This document shows positions 48,540 to 58,605 of a DNA stretch of 64,000 bases, piece by piece (within the stretch, counting starts at the first letter, position 1; every line of letters starts with the position of its first letter). Under the pieces are notes generated by a model. That model did not search any database. It was not told the origin of the DNA and was given only the letters and a program-made list of their open reading frames with translations. The translations under genes were made by a program, and so were the position numbers. Source of the stretch: Polyangiales bacterium (GTDB taxonomy: Bacteria; Myxococcota_A; Polyangia; Polyangiales; Polyangiaceae); NCBI GenBank assembly GCA_038231275.1, contig JBBRLQ010000007.1, positions 64,001 to 128,000 of the forward strand, in the 5' to 3' direction.

Positions 48540-48782
48540 ATGACGAAGAAGAGCGTCCCACCCTGCATCGGTCCCGGGATGATCACACGCCGCGTGATCG
48601 TGAGGAGCCCAGACGTGGTCTTCTTGAAAGGGATCGTCGAGGCGAGCGAAGGCCTCGCGCAGGTCTTCGCCGAGCGGGGAGGCGAGCTCACCCTGGCATC
48701 TCCGGAGGGGCGCGCGGCGGAGCTCGACGCGCTCATCGACGATCTATGCCGCGAGCTCGGCGCGATGCGGCAGGATGACTGA
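48540..48782 (+). CDS. Small DUF4911-like protein
   Basis: DVVFLKGIVEASEGLA resembles DUF4911. Start uncertain (48540 or 48579). Confidence 0.6.
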   Translation: MTKKSVPPCIGPGMITRRVIVRSPDVVFLKGIVEASEGLAQVFAERGGELTLASPEGRAAELDALIDDLCRELGAMRQDD

Positions 48783-48879
48783 CCGCCCGAGAAAAAACTT
48801 GGTCACACGCGCGCCCGACGCGCGTTCTCCCTCACGAAACGACGGCGGCTACGTGCCGTCCCCACCCAGGAGACTCCCC

Positions 48880-49446
48880 ATGCGCGCTCTCGTCCTCGCC
48901 TCCGCCCTCGGCGTCCTGACCGCTGCCGCCTCTGCACTCGCTGCGTGCGCGAGCGCCTCGCCCAGTGACGCGTCCGCCGTCGCGGCCACGAACAGCTCGA
49001 AGGAGACGGCGGCGCCGGTTCTCCAAGGTCGCTATCCGTTCGTATTCGAAGAGTCGGAGGTCTTCGCAGGGATGAAGACGAAGTGCGCCGCCGACGCGAG
49101 CGGAGACGCGGCGAAGGCCGACGCGTGCCTCGCCGAGATCCGCGCGGAGGCGGCCAAAGAGGGCCTCCGTTTCGACACGGACGCCCAGGGCAAAGTCACG
49201 TGGAGCTCGTACGGCGACGACCACGGCGCCGAGGTCACCTTCCACCAGGTGGCCATCGCGGTGACCAGCGACGGCCCCAAGCTCGTGACCGCGCGTACGC
49301 TCGCCGCGGCGACCGGCGCCCTCGCGGCCAAGCGTCCCATCCCCGAGGGGACCGTGATGCGCATCGAGCTCGTCGACGATCGCACCATCGCGATGCAGGA
49401 CCCCAAGAAGGGGCGCCTCGTGTTTCGCCGCGCCGCGAGCAAGTGA
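48880..49446 (+). CDS. Hypothetical lipoprotein
   Basis: AGGAG SD, LAAC lipobox. Confidence 0.7.
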   Translation: MRALVLASALGVLTAAASALAACASASPSDASAVAATNSSKETAAPVLQGRYPFVFEESEVFAGMKTKCAADASGDAAKADACLAEIRAEAAKEGLRFDTDAQGKVTWSSYGDDHGAEVTFHQVAIAVTSDGPKLVTARTLAAATGALAAKRPIPEGTVMRIELVDDRTIAMQDPKKGRLVFRRAASK

Positions 49447-49458
49447 TACGTTGAGGGG

Positions 49459-50070
49459 ATGGCGGCGGGAGTAGTGGCGGCGACTGCGGCGGTCGTGGCG
49501 ATGCAGGCCGCGCGCGCCGTGCAGGAGCAGAACGTCCGCATGGCCGGCGACGTTTGGGCCGCGTTCGCCGCGACGCTCGGCTTCTCACCGCCCGGCACGA
49601 CCGCGAGCGCGCTCCCGTTCCTCGCGGGCGTGCTCGACGGCGTTCGCTTCCGCCTCCGCGTCGTGCGCGACGAGCAAGGCTGGGCGCATACGCAGGCCTT
49701 CGCCGACGCCATGGTCCCGATCAGCTGCGAGGTCGGCGTCTACTCGAGCCCGGCGGGGTTTCTCGACTGGGTGAAGGCGCACTTCGAGGAGGACATCGAG
49801 ATCGGCGACGCTCCGTTCGATCGCGCGTTCGTCATTCGCGCGCGTCCGCGCGAGGCCGCGGCGTCGCTGCTCCAGCCCGAGGTCCGCGCGCTCACGACGG
49901 CGTTCCTCGGCCACGCGCTCGCTGGCCTCACGTACAAGGAGGGCGTCATCGCGCTCCAGTGGCGCGGCGTCGAACGCGATCCTGCGGTGCTCGAGCACGC
50001 GCTCCGCTTGGTCTCCCTCGTCGGGAGGTGGGCACCCTCCGAGGGCGGCTACAGGACGATGAGTTTCTAG
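49459..50070 (+). CDS. Hypothetical protein
   Basis: 203-aa ORF with EDIEIGDAPFDRAFVIR segment, preceded by TGATACGTT. Confidence 0.65.
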   Translation: MAAGVVAATAAVVAMQAARAVQEQNVRMAGDVWAAFAATLGFSPPGTTASALPFLAGVLDGVRFRLRVVRDEQGWAHTQAFADAMVPISCEVGVYSSPAGFLDWVKAHFEEDIEIGDAPFDRAFVIRARPREAAASLLQPEVRALTTAFLGHALAGLTYKEGVIALQWRGVERDPAVLEHALRLVSLVGRWAPSEGGYRTMSF

Positions 50071-52127
50071 GTCAGGTTGGAGCCGCTGTCGTCGTCGTCG
50101 CTCGTCATCTGCGGGCGGACGGTGAGGCCGCCCGGCTCGATCGACAGCGCGCTGCCTTGCTCGGGCTGCGAGTCGGGCGGCGGCGGGAAGCTCGACGTGC
50201 TCGTGCCGAGCGCGTTCTTGTGATCGAGGAAGCGCAGCGTGCCGGGGCCGCTCGTGCGCTCCAGCACCCCGCGGAGATCGCCAGGGAGAGGAGCTTCCAC
50301 GATCAGGCGGTGGCCGTGCCCCGGGTGATCGATCTCGATGCGCACGCAGTGGAGGAAGGCGCGGTCGAGGCCGTTCTTCTCTTCGAAGAAGCGGTTGGTC
50401 GGGCCGTGGCCGTACCGATCGTCGCCCAACACCGGGTGGCCGATCGCGGCGAGGTGGCGGCGGACCTGATGGGTCCTACCTTGCTCGGGGATGACGCGCA
50501 GCACGCTGTGACCGCTCGCGACCGCGAGGCGCCGGTAGCGCGTGCGCGCGGGGAACAGCTTCCCCTCCTCGCGCAGCTCGCGGGTGATGGCGCCCTTCGA
50601 CGGCGTGACGCCGCGCGCGGCGGCGACGTAGATCCTGCGCGAGGCGGCGGAGGCGAGCGCAGCGGCCCATTTGGCGACGAGCTCGGGCTGCCGCGCGAAG
50701 ATCACGAGCCCGCTCGTTCCGATGTCGATGCGGTGGATGGGGACCGCATCGGCGGCCCCGGGGAGACGCCGCACGCGCGACTGGAGAGAGCTCGCGTACT
50801 CCGCCTGCGGCGCCGTCGGTTCGTGCGGGCCCTTCTCGACGATCAAGATCTCTTCGTCCTCGAAGGCGACGCGCGGCGTGGGGATCGAGCCGCGCCGGAG
50901 GATGGCGACCGTCTCCACCTCGTCGGTGAGCGGGATCATGTCGAGCGGCCGCAGCGACGCCGTGGAGTACCCGAGGCGCGAGAGGTGATCGAGATCGCGC
51001 GCGAGCGTGTCGGGATCGCAGGAGACGTACGCGAGCGCGGTGAGCTCGAAGCGCGCGATCCACTCGCGCGCCAGCGCGCTCATTCCGCGGCGTGGTGGGT
51101 TCACGACGGCGGCGTCGAACTTCTCGCCGCGCTCGAGCATTGCGCGCAGCGCCGTCGCCGCGTCGGCGTGATCGGCGGTGAGCCGGACGTCTTGCGATCG
51201 GGCTGCGGCGCGCGCCTGCTCGACCGCCGGACCGAACGACTCGACGAGGTGCACGTCGGCCCCGGCCGCGCCCAGCGCCAACGCGATCGCGCCGCTCCCG
51301 CCGTACAGATCGAGGACGCGCACGCGCTTGCCGTGCAGGACCGCCTTCGCCACGCCCGTGAGCTCGATCAGCATCTGGTGGATGCGCTCGGCCTGCCCGC
51401 GGTGGGCTTGCACGAAGGAGCCGAACGTCGCGAGGTGAATCGACGCGCCGAGCTTGTCGGGGAGCGACGCCTCGCCGAAGAGATGAGACGTCTCGCTGCC
51501 GAGGATCTGCGGCGCCTCGCCGTCGTGGAAGTTGACCGCCACGCCCGCGATCTCCGGCATCTCGCCGATGAGCGCCTGCGCGGCGGCTTTCAGCGCCGCC
51601 AAATCTGGGACGCGCGCGCGGTGGACGACGAGCGTGACGAGCACGCGCGCGCCGTCGTCGCCTCGGACCTCACGAAGGTCCACGGCACGCAGCGCGCCGC
51701 CCCCGCTCGGATCGAACGGCGCGAGCAGTCCATCGCCCGCCGTCGTCGTCCGCGCGCGGAGCGACTCGGCGACGCGCGCGAGGACGGGGGAGAGGACCCG
51801 GCACGTCGGAATGTCGACGACCTGATGACCGCCGCCCTTCGCGAAGAGCCCGACCCTCGGTCCCGACGCGACGATGAGCTTCGCGCGCGTGCGGTAGCCG
51901 ACGATTGGCGACGCGGCCGCGACGGGCTCGGTGTACACGAGCTCGAGGGACGAGTAGCGCGCGACGGATTGAACGACGCGACCGCGCTTGAGCGCGAGCT
52001 GCTCTCCGTACGGGAGCGCGATGATCGGACATCCACCGCAGCGGTCGGCGTGCGAACACTCGACACGCTGGGTGTCCAGTGGCGCAGGCGGACCGAGCTC
52101 GGGCGCGGGGACCATCGGTAGGCTCAT
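50067..52127 (-). CDS. Fusion of RlmC/RlmD-family RNA (uracil-5)-methyltransferase and RluA-family pseudouridine synthase
   Basis: CSHADRCGGC...C Fe-S ligands, SFVQ, DLYGGSG, VNPPRRG, YVSCDPDTLARD, then FEDEEILIVEK, HRIDIGTSG, GRTHQVRRH, GHPVLGDDRYG, FLHC. Start could be 52115. Confidence 0.92.
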   Translation of the reverse strand: MSLPMVPAPELGPPAPLDTQRVECSHADRCGGCPIIALPYGEQLALKRGRVVQSVARYSSLELVYTEPVAAASPIVGYRTRAKLIVASGPRVGLFAKGGGHQVVDIPTCRVLSPVLARVAESLRARTTTAGDGLLAPFDPSGGGALRAVDLREVRGDDGARVLVTLVVHRARVPDLAALKAAAQALIGEMPEIAGVAVNFHDGEAPQILGSETSHLFGEASLPDKLGASIHLATFGSFVQAHRGQAERIHQMLIELTGVAKAVLHGKRVRVLDLYGGSGAIALALGAAGADVHLVESFGPAVEQARAAARSQDVRLTADHADAATALRAMLERGEKFDAAVVNPPRRGMSALAREWIARFELTALAYVSCDPDTLARDLDHLSRLGYSTASLRPLDMIPLTDEVETVAILRRGSIPTPRVAFEDEEILIVEKGPHEPTAPQAEYASSLQSRVRRLPGAADAVPIHRIDIGTSGLVIFARQPELVAKWAAALASAASRRIYVAAARGVTPSKGAITRELREEGKLFPARTRYRRLAVASGHSVLRVIPEQGRTHQVRRHLAAIGHPVLGDDRYGHGPTNRFFEEKNGLDRAFLHCVRIEIDHPGHGHRLIVEAPLPGDLRGVLERTSGPGTLRFLDHKNALGTSTSSFPPPPDSQPEQGSALSIEPGGLTVRPQMTSDDDDSGSNLT

Positions 52128-52234
52128 CGTATACCTTCGTCGCCTCGGACGAAGAAAGCGTACGCGCATCCCCACACGAACCTACCCGACGAACGTGTTT
52201 GGCGAGGATGGCGCGCGGGCGATACTCTGAAGCA

Positions 52235-53710
52235 GTGTCGGAGGCCGTGCCCAGAATCGGACTCCCGTCTCCGGGAGACGTGATCGACGAGAAATACCGG
52301 ATCATCCGGTCGATCGGCGAGGGCGGCATGGGGCACGTGTTCGAGGCCGCGCACCTGCGGATGGGACAACGCGTCGCCATCAAGGTCCTGAAGCCCGCCG
52401 CCAGCCAGGCTCCCGAGGTCCTCTCGCGGTTCGATCGCGAGGCCCGCGCGGCGGGGCGCCTTCGCGGGGCTCACAGCGCGCGCGTCATCGACGTCGACAT
52501 CACGCCCGATCACCTGCCGTACATGGTCATGGAATACCTCGACGGGCACGATCTCCAGACGGAGCTCGAGCAGCGTCAGGTGTTCCCGGTCCTCGAGGCG
52601 ATCGACTACGTGCTGCAGGCGTGCGCCGGAATGGCCGAGGCCCACGACATCGGCATTGTGCACCGCGACCTCAAGCCGTCGAACCTCTTTTTGTGCGACG
52701 ACGGGGACCGGCGCATCGTCAAGATCCTCGATTTCGGGATCTCCAAGATCCTCGACGAGGCCTCGAAGCTCACCTCGACCGAGCTGACCGTCGGGACGCC
52801 GCTCTACATGTCGCCCGAGCAGGTTCGGTCGGCGCGCACCGTCGACGCGCGGACCGACATCTGGGCCCTCAGCATCATCCTGTTCGAGCTCTTGACGGGC
52901 AGGCCGCCCTGGGTCGGCAGCGGGCCGTCGGTGGCCGCCGCGATCGTGACCGATCCTCCTCCGCCGCTCTCCGAGTTTCGAGGAGACATTCCGCCAGGGC
53001 TCGAAGCCGTGCTCGTGAAGGCGCTCGCCAAGTCCGCCGGTGAGCGGTACCTCGACGTGTGCTCGTTCGCCGACGCGCTCCTGCCGTACTGCGCGAGCCC
53101 CACCAGCCTCGGCCGCGCGTCGCTGGAGAGCGCGCGTCGCGCCGCGCAGAGCGGGGTGTCGCTGATCAGGATCGGCAACCGATCGCCGGAGCTCGCGAAC
53201 GCTCCGACCGTGCTGAGCATGCCGAACGGCGGGGTCGCGGAGGTGTCTTCGGTGCCCGCGAGCGTTTCCGAGCGGAAAGCGGCCGTCACGACCGCCGGAT
53301 GGACGACGGGTTCTGGGCGGCGCTCGGCCCAGCGCACGCGCCTCCTCTTCGGCACCGCGCTCCTCGTCGCGGTCTCCGCCGTGGCCGTCGCGGTCTCCGT
53401 TGTCGTGCTCGCTCGGAAAGCTCCGCGGCTCTCGGCGACGGCGGAAGCTTCGAGCCTCGCGGCCGTACTGCCGCCGCCGCAGCCGATCGCCGAGCCGCCG
53501 CCGCTCGCGTCGTCCTCGCTGCCCATCGCGCTCGCGTTGCCCGCGCCCGTGCCGTCGGGTCCATCGTCCGCGAAGCCTGGTGTGGGAACGACGCGGCCGG
53601 TTCGACCCCCGCCCACGCGCGCGCCGACAGGGATCGCGTCGAGCCCTCCTCCGGTCCTGTATCCGCCCCCGTCGACGTCGCAGAAGCCCCCTCCGCTCTA
53701 CATGCCGTGA
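52235..53710 (+). CDS. Transmembrane Ser/Thr protein kinase
   Basis: GEGGMG, VAIK, HRDLKPSN, DFG, GTPLYMSPE, TM helix, Pro-rich tail. GTG start after TACTCT. Confidence 0.92.
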   Translation: MSEAVPRIGLPSPGDVIDEKYRIIRSIGEGGMGHVFEAAHLRMGQRVAIKVLKPAASQAPEVLSRFDREARAAGRLRGAHSARVIDVDITPDHLPYMVMEYLDGHDLQTELEQRQVFPVLEAIDYVLQACAGMAEAHDIGIVHRDLKPSNLFLCDDGDRRIVKILDFGISKILDEASKLTSTELTVGTPLYMSPEQVRSARTVDARTDIWALSIILFELLTGRPPWVGSGPSVAAAIVTDPPPPLSEFRGDIPPGLEAVLVKALAKSAGERYLDVCSFADALLPYCASPTSLGRASLESARRAAQSGVSLIRIGNRSPELANAPTVLSMPNGGVAEVSSVPASVSERKAAVTTAGWTTGSGRRSAQRTRLLFGTALLVAVSAVAVAVSVVVLARKAPRLSATAEASSLAAVLPPPQPIAEPPPLASSSLPIALALPAPVPSGPSSAKPGVGTTRPVRPPPTRAPTGIASSPPPVLYPPPSTSQKPPPLYMP

Positions 53711-53724
53711 TACGATCCGCGGGG

Positions 53725-54660
53725 ATGCGTTGGCTCCCTGCGCGCGCGGCGCTCTTCCTCTGTCTGGTAGGCCTATGTCTCCTCGCGAGCCCCGGCCCGG
53801 CGGCCGCCCAGGAGCGCACCGCCGTCGAGCTGAAGAAGAGCGGCAACGAGAAGATGGACGCCTCCGATTTCGTCGGCGCCCTCGAGGACTACACCGCCGC
53901 GCTCAAGCAGACGCCCGACGACGCGTCGCTCTACTTCAACATCGGCCGCGCCCACGGCTTGCTCGGCCACAATGTCGAGGCCCTCGGCGCGCTCGAGGAG
54001 TTCGGCAAGCGCGCGACGCCGGAGGTCCGCGCGCGCGCGCAGTTCGAGCAGCTCCAGACGCAGGCGCGCGCGAAGGTCTCGTACCTGACGGTCACGTGCG
54101 CAGTCGCCGGCGCGCGGGTCCTCGTTGGGCAGAAGGTCATCGGTGATGTCCCCCTCACGCGCGCGCCGGTCGACGCCGCGACGGAGCCGGTCCGAGTCCG
54201 CATCGAGGCCGACGGATACCGGGAGGACGTGCGCACGCTCGCTCTCCCCGGCACGCAGGAGTCTCGCCTCGAGTGTCGCCTCCTGACGAAGGCGACCTCC
54301 GGCACACTCGTCGTCACGACCGAGCCGCCTGGCTCGACGATCGCCGTCGATGGCCGCGAGCTCGGCAACCCGCCCCTCGAGGTTCCGCTCCCCGCCGGCG
54401 CGCACACAGTCCTCGCGCGTCGCGACGGCTACGAGGACGCACAGGTCCCGGTCGTCGTGAACGCGGGCGACGCCAAACGCACAGTGGACATCAAGCTCAC
54501 CAAGAACGCCCCGCTCACCTCGAAGTGGTGGTTCTGGACGACGATCGGCGTGGCGGTCGTCGGCGGCGTCGTCGTGACGGCGGCGCTCCTCACCGAGAAG
54601 CCGGCCGACAAGGGCAGCATCCCGCCCGGTCAGCTCTCCGCGCCGCTCGTTCGCTTTTAG
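53725..54660 (+). CDS. Secreted TPR + two PEGA domain protein
   Basis: Signal peptide, TPR (GALEDYTAAL...LYFNIGRAH), VTTEPPGSTIAVDG...LPAGAHTV PEGA, KWWFW + TM. Confidence 0.88.
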   Translation: MRWLPARAALFLCLVGLCLLASPGPAAAQERTAVELKKSGNEKMDASDFVGALEDYTAALKQTPDDASLYFNIGRAHGLLGHNVEALGALEEFGKRATPEVRARAQFEQLQTQARAKVSYLTVTCAVAGARVLVGQKVIGDVPLTRAPVDAATEPVRVRIEADGYREDVRTLALPGTQESRLECRLLTKATSGTLVVTTEPPGSTIAVDGRELGNPPLEVPLPAGAHTVLARRDGYEDAQVPVVVNAGDAKRTVDIKLTKNAPLTSKWWFWTTIGVAVVGGVVVTAALLTEKPADKGSIPPGQLSAPLVRF

Positions 54661-54700
54661 TCTCTCTCCCTAGTCTCTCTTTCGCGCGTCGACGCTCGCT

Positions 54701-55339
54701 CTAGAACTCGACGCGCGACGCGAGGAAGGTGCCCCACATGCGCGGGGTCGTGAGCTGCTGCGGCTCGTGCACCTCACGGTAGAGCACGGTGAGATCGGTC
54801 TCGAGCGCGAGCTCCCAGCCGCGCATCATGTGGACCTCCACGCCGGCGCCAAACTGCCCAGCGAGCTCGACGTTGCGCGGGAGGTGCGGGATGATGTCCG
54901 TGTCGACGCGCCACTGACCGAGGCCGAGCTGTCCGAACGGAACGATGCGCCCCTCGCCGAGGCGGATGCGCGTCATGACCATGCGCGACGAGCGGCTGAC
55001 GCGGATGGCGTCGGTGACGGCGATGGGCCCGCCTGCCAGGCTTCGCGCGCCGCCCCAATCACGCGCAACGAAGGAGACATGCGGCGCCACGCCGAACGAC
55101 GCGCTGCCAAGCTCGCTCGAGGGCGACGTGCTGGGGCTCGTCTCCGTCGCGCGCGGCTGACCTTCGCGGCCACGCTCCGACTGCGACGCGAGCCACGTCA
55201 TTCCCTTGCCGAGCGCCTCTCCCCAGTCGACCGTCATCCTCGGAGAAATCCCACCGGACTCCGCGCGAGCATCCAAACCGACCACCATGATGGCGAGAGC
55301 ACATCCCGTCGCGAGCAACCGACAACCGACTCCGGGCAT
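54701..55339 (-). CDS. Hypothetical secreted/outer-membrane beta-strand protein
   Basis: AGGAGG SD, signal ending ARA, amphipathic strands, C-terminal Phe. Confidence 0.65.
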   Translation of the reverse strand: MPGVGCRLLATGCALAIMVVGLDARAESGGISPRMTVDWGEALGKGMTWLASQSERGREGQPRATETSPSTSPSSELGSASFGVAPHVSFVARDWGGARSLAGGPIAVTDAIRVSRSSRMVMTRIRLGEGRIVPFGQLGLGQWRVDTDIIPHLPRNVELAGQFGAGVEVHMMRGWELALETDLTVLYREVHEPQQLTTPRMWGTFLASRVEF

Positions 55340-55395
55340 CCGACCTCCTAGAGCGCCAATCGAAAGAGTGTCGACTGGACCTGGTTGGATCAATG

Positions 55396-55411
55396 AGCAA
55401 GGCGCGTGCCC
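55396..55411 (-). promoter_or_regulatory. Sigma-54 promoter (-24/-12)
   Basis: GGGCACGCGCCTTGCT on the minus strand, near-consensus. Confidence 0.7.
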
Positions 55412-55670
55412 TTGCGGATTGCTCGCCCAATGTGCGGAGAAAGCCGCAGCTTTTGTGACAATGACGGGTCTTTTGCCGTGTGGCGAAGATGCACGTCGTG
55501 TGCGCATACGACTCGGCCGCGTTCACAGATGAGGCCGCTCGCCCTCAGACATGGATCCGGTGGGGATCAGGTCGGCGTTCACACCCGGTCCGCTGCAGCA
55601 GCTCGACGTCACTGGAAAAATCGCGCAGATTAGCGCGCGCGTGAGGGCTGGCTCGGCCGCGCGCGAAGCC

Positions 55671-56771
55671 ATGAAGCTCGCTTGCGTCCTTTTCGTCTCA
55701 TGCAGCGCGCTGGCGCCACTCGCCGGCTGCGGAGCGATCCTCGGCGCCGACTTCGATCGCGGCGCGGCCGTGGACGGCGACAGCGACGGCGGTCTCGGAT
55801 CGAGTGACGGCGCTGCCAGCGACGGCGCGACGACGGCCGACGGGCATGGGGGTTGCTGCGGCGCCGATGGAAGCGTCGACGACGGGAGCGGCGGTACGGA
55901 TGGTCCCTTCGTCGGGCCCGACGGCGCCGTGATCGCGCCGCGCGTCGTGCTGTTCGGCGGCTGGAACGGCTCGCAGGATTACGACGACACGTGGGAGCTC
56001 GACGGCGCGCGCTGGACCAAGAAGGTTGGCCTCGCGCCGTCTCCGCCCGCGCGTTCGAACCACGCGATGGCGACGCTCGCGGGCAAGGTCGTCCTCTTCG
56101 GTGGCTTCGATCTCGCGAAGACTCCGTTCGGCGACACGTGGGAATACGACGGCGCCGCGTGGACGAGCCGCAGCGTCTCGGGGCCGCCGGCGCGCTCCGG
56201 CCACGCGATGACGACGCTCGGAAACAAGGTCGTCCTCTTCGGCGGCGTCGGGGCGGCGGGGACCCCGCTAGGTGACACCTGGGTGTGGGACGGCGCGTCG
56301 TGGACGAAGGCAAGCGACGTCGGCCCGTCACCACGCAACGCACCGTCGATGGCGCCGCTCGAAAACAAGGCGGTGTTGGTGGGCGGCACCGACGCCGCGA
56401 AGAACGATCTCAACGACACGTGGCTCTGGGACGGCGCGACGTGGAGGTCCACCGGCGCCGTAGGACCGCCGCTCGCGACGCACGCGGGAATGGCGTCGCT
56501 CGCCGGCCACACGTTCCACTTCGGCGGCGCGGCGCTCGTCGCCGAGACGTGGGCGTGGGACGGCAGCGGCTGGACGCTCGTCAGCCAGACCGGCCCCGGA
56601 ATCCGCTACAGCCACACGATGGCCGCGCTGGGGAGCGTCATCTTCCTCTTCGGCGGCACCAACGGCGCGCCGCAAGGGGACACGTGGACGCTCGACGGAT
56701 CGACGTGGACCAAGCAGAGCTACCTCGGCCCCGCCGCGCGCCAAAACCACGCCGCCGTCACGTTCCCGTGA
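55671..56771 (+). CDS. Kelch-repeat beta-propeller lipoprotein
   Basis: LAGC lipobox, six VVLFGG...DTWxWDGxxW repeats. Confidence 0.88.
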   Translation: MKLACVLFVSCSALAPLAGCGAILGADFDRGAAVDGDSDGGLGSSDGAASDGATTADGHGGCCGADGSVDDGSGGTDGPFVGPDGAVIAPRVVLFGGWNGSQDYDDTWELDGARWTKKVGLAPSPPARSNHAMATLAGKVVLFGGFDLAKTPFGDTWEYDGAAWTSRSVSGPPARSGHAMTTLGNKVVLFGGVGAAGTPLGDTWVWDGASWTKASDVGPSPRNAPSMAPLENKAVLVGGTDAAKNDLNDTWLWDGATWRSTGAVGPPLATHAGMASLAGHTFHFGGAALVAETWAWDGSGWTLVSQTGPGIRYSHTMAALGSVIFLFGGTNGAPQGDTWTLDGSTWTKQSYLGPAARQNHAAVTFP

Positions 56772-58166
56772 TCACCGCACGCGGACGATGACCGGCCAGT
56801 CGTGGGAGTCGGTGGGCTCGAGCACCGACCGAACCACGAAATGAAAGTCTCCGCGCACCGCGTTGGCGGGCGCAGACACGGTCATGGTGAGCGCGTTTCC
56901 GTTGTGCGCCTCGGTGCGCGAGAGATCGGCGGTGATCCCATTGGCGATCGGGCCGACGTCGGTGGGATCGCCGGTCCCCTTGTCGCGGCCCGCGAACACA
57001 CGCGCGTCGTGGGGCAGCGCCGCGGTGCTGAAGAAATCGAGATCCGCGGTCACCGATCCGCCCGGCGCGACGACGAGGTAGCCGAGCACCTCGCGGCCGT
57101 TGCCCTTGATCTTCGGCGTGCGCACGGCGGCGCCGTAGTAGATGGGGCTGGCGAGCGGTGGCTGCGGCTCGCACGGCTCCTTGCTGGCGGCAGCGGCGGC
57201 GTTCGACCAGATCGGCTGCACTTTGTATCCGCTCTCGTCGTAGTCCGGCGCGAAGATGCAGACGTCGCCGTTCTCGTTGCCGGCCGTGCCGCCGCCGAGG
57301 AGCGGGATCCAGGCGTCGTTCGTGATGAGGCGGTAGGTGCCGTTCGTCAGCGGGAGAGGATCGCTCGCCGCCTCCGCGAACTCGTGGCTGGCCGTCACGG
57401 TGAGGCGATCCTTCGTCGCGGTCTTCGTCGCCGCGGGGCACCGCGGCATGACCGCGTACGAGACCTGCGATTGCTTTCCTTGGAACGTGACCGTCGCCTC
57501 GTCGTGGTAGCCGAGGAAGTCCGTGCACGCCGACGCGTTGCCGCTACTGATCTGCGTCGAGGTCGGGAAGTAGATCGCGTAGAGGATCTGATCTTGAGGA
57601 GGGGGGAGGTCGCCGCTGGCGATGCCGTCGGCGAGGAGTGTCTGGATGTCGCCGTCGGTGAGCGATTTCCCGGCGACCTTGGCGTCGTCGAGCTCCGCAT
57701 AGAGACCGCCGGTGCCGGCGCTCACGCGGTAGCCGGCCATCGTCTGGCTCCACCAGCTGCTCTTCGAAGACACGATGTAGTCGTCGAACGTCCGAAGCGA
57801 GTCGCGCCACTCGTCGGGGACGCGTCCGCTGCCGCCGTCGCCTGCGCCTCCCTCTCCGCCGCCGTCGCCCGCGCCGCCGTCGCCGACCGGCACGGCGTGG
57901 AAAAAGGTGACCGTGGCGAGCTTCATGTGATCGAGGACGGGGCCGCCTTGATCGTCGAGCTGCGGAATGGGCTGGTGCTGCGAGGGGTAGACGTCGGGTG
58001 GCTGCTCGCGGTCGGAACCGGCATCGACGGCGGGTGTCGTGTCGTCGATCGCGTCGGCGCCTGCGTCGGCGGGGGCCGCGGGAGAGTCGCCGCCGGTGCA
58101 TGCAAAGACGACGACGGGGAGCGCCAGCGCCGCGACGACGGCGAGGCTCGGAAGGATGCGGCTCAC
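56772..58166 (-). CDS. Lipoprotein with Phi-1/EXORDIUM-like domain and HE motif
   Basis: VFAC lipobox, GGPVL, YAIYFP, FLGYH, SHEFAEAASDP, ENGDVC, VQPIWSN; SD GAGGAG. Confidence 0.7.
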   Translation of the reverse strand: MSRILPSLAVVAALALPVVVFACTGGDSPAAPADAGADAIDDTTPAVDAGSDREQPPDVYPSQHQPIPQLDDQGGPVLDHMKLATVTFFHAVPVGDGGAGDGGGEGGAGDGGSGRVPDEWRDSLRTFDDYIVSSKSSWWSQTMAGYRVSAGTGGLYAELDDAKVAGKSLTDGDIQTLLADGIASGDLPPPQDQILYAIYFPTSTQISSGNASACTDFLGYHDEATVTFQGKQSQVSYAVMPRCPAATKTATKDRLTVTASHEFAEAASDPLPLTNGTYRLITNDAWIPLLGGGTAGNENGDVCIFAPDYDESGYKVQPIWSNAAAAASKEPCEPQPPLASPIYYGAAVRTPKIKGNGREVLGYLVVAPGGSVTADLDFFSTAALPHDARVFAGRDKGTGDPTDVGPIANGITADLSRTEAHNGNALTMTVSAPANAVRGDFHFVVRSVLEPTDSHDWPVIVRVR

Positions 58167-58605
58167 ATTCTCTCCTCTTCCAATCATTTCGCGATCACCG
58201 CTGCCGGCCAGAAACGGGTGCACGAGCTGCTCCCCTTGGGTGAGCAGTAGCCGGCGCGGACCGCGTCCCCGCGGGAAGCGGGGCGAGCGCGATCATGGAA
58301 GCCGGCGCGAAGCGAAGGACCGCGAGCATGAGAGGAATACGGTTTCATAGCCGCTCCCCCTCATGCCGTCCCGTCTCACCGACGCCGTCTCTGGGAAAAA
58401 AGCAGCCCCGCGTGCTCTCCACCAGGGTTTTCCGAGTTGGCACGCCTGGTGGGACATGTGCGCGCCGACCGGGATCGGAGGCTGCCGCGAAACCCGAGAC
58501 GCGCCACTGCGTACGAGGGTCATGGACGCCGCGCTTCCGATCTGGTCGGTGATCGGCTGCGCGCCGTCGCCGCAGGTACGCGTGTTCCATGGTAGAAGCG
58601 CGGGC

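Noticed and set aside
58437-58452. TTGGCACG as a sigma-54 -24 element upstream of the ECF gene
   Set aside because: The -12 position reads GG rather than GC.
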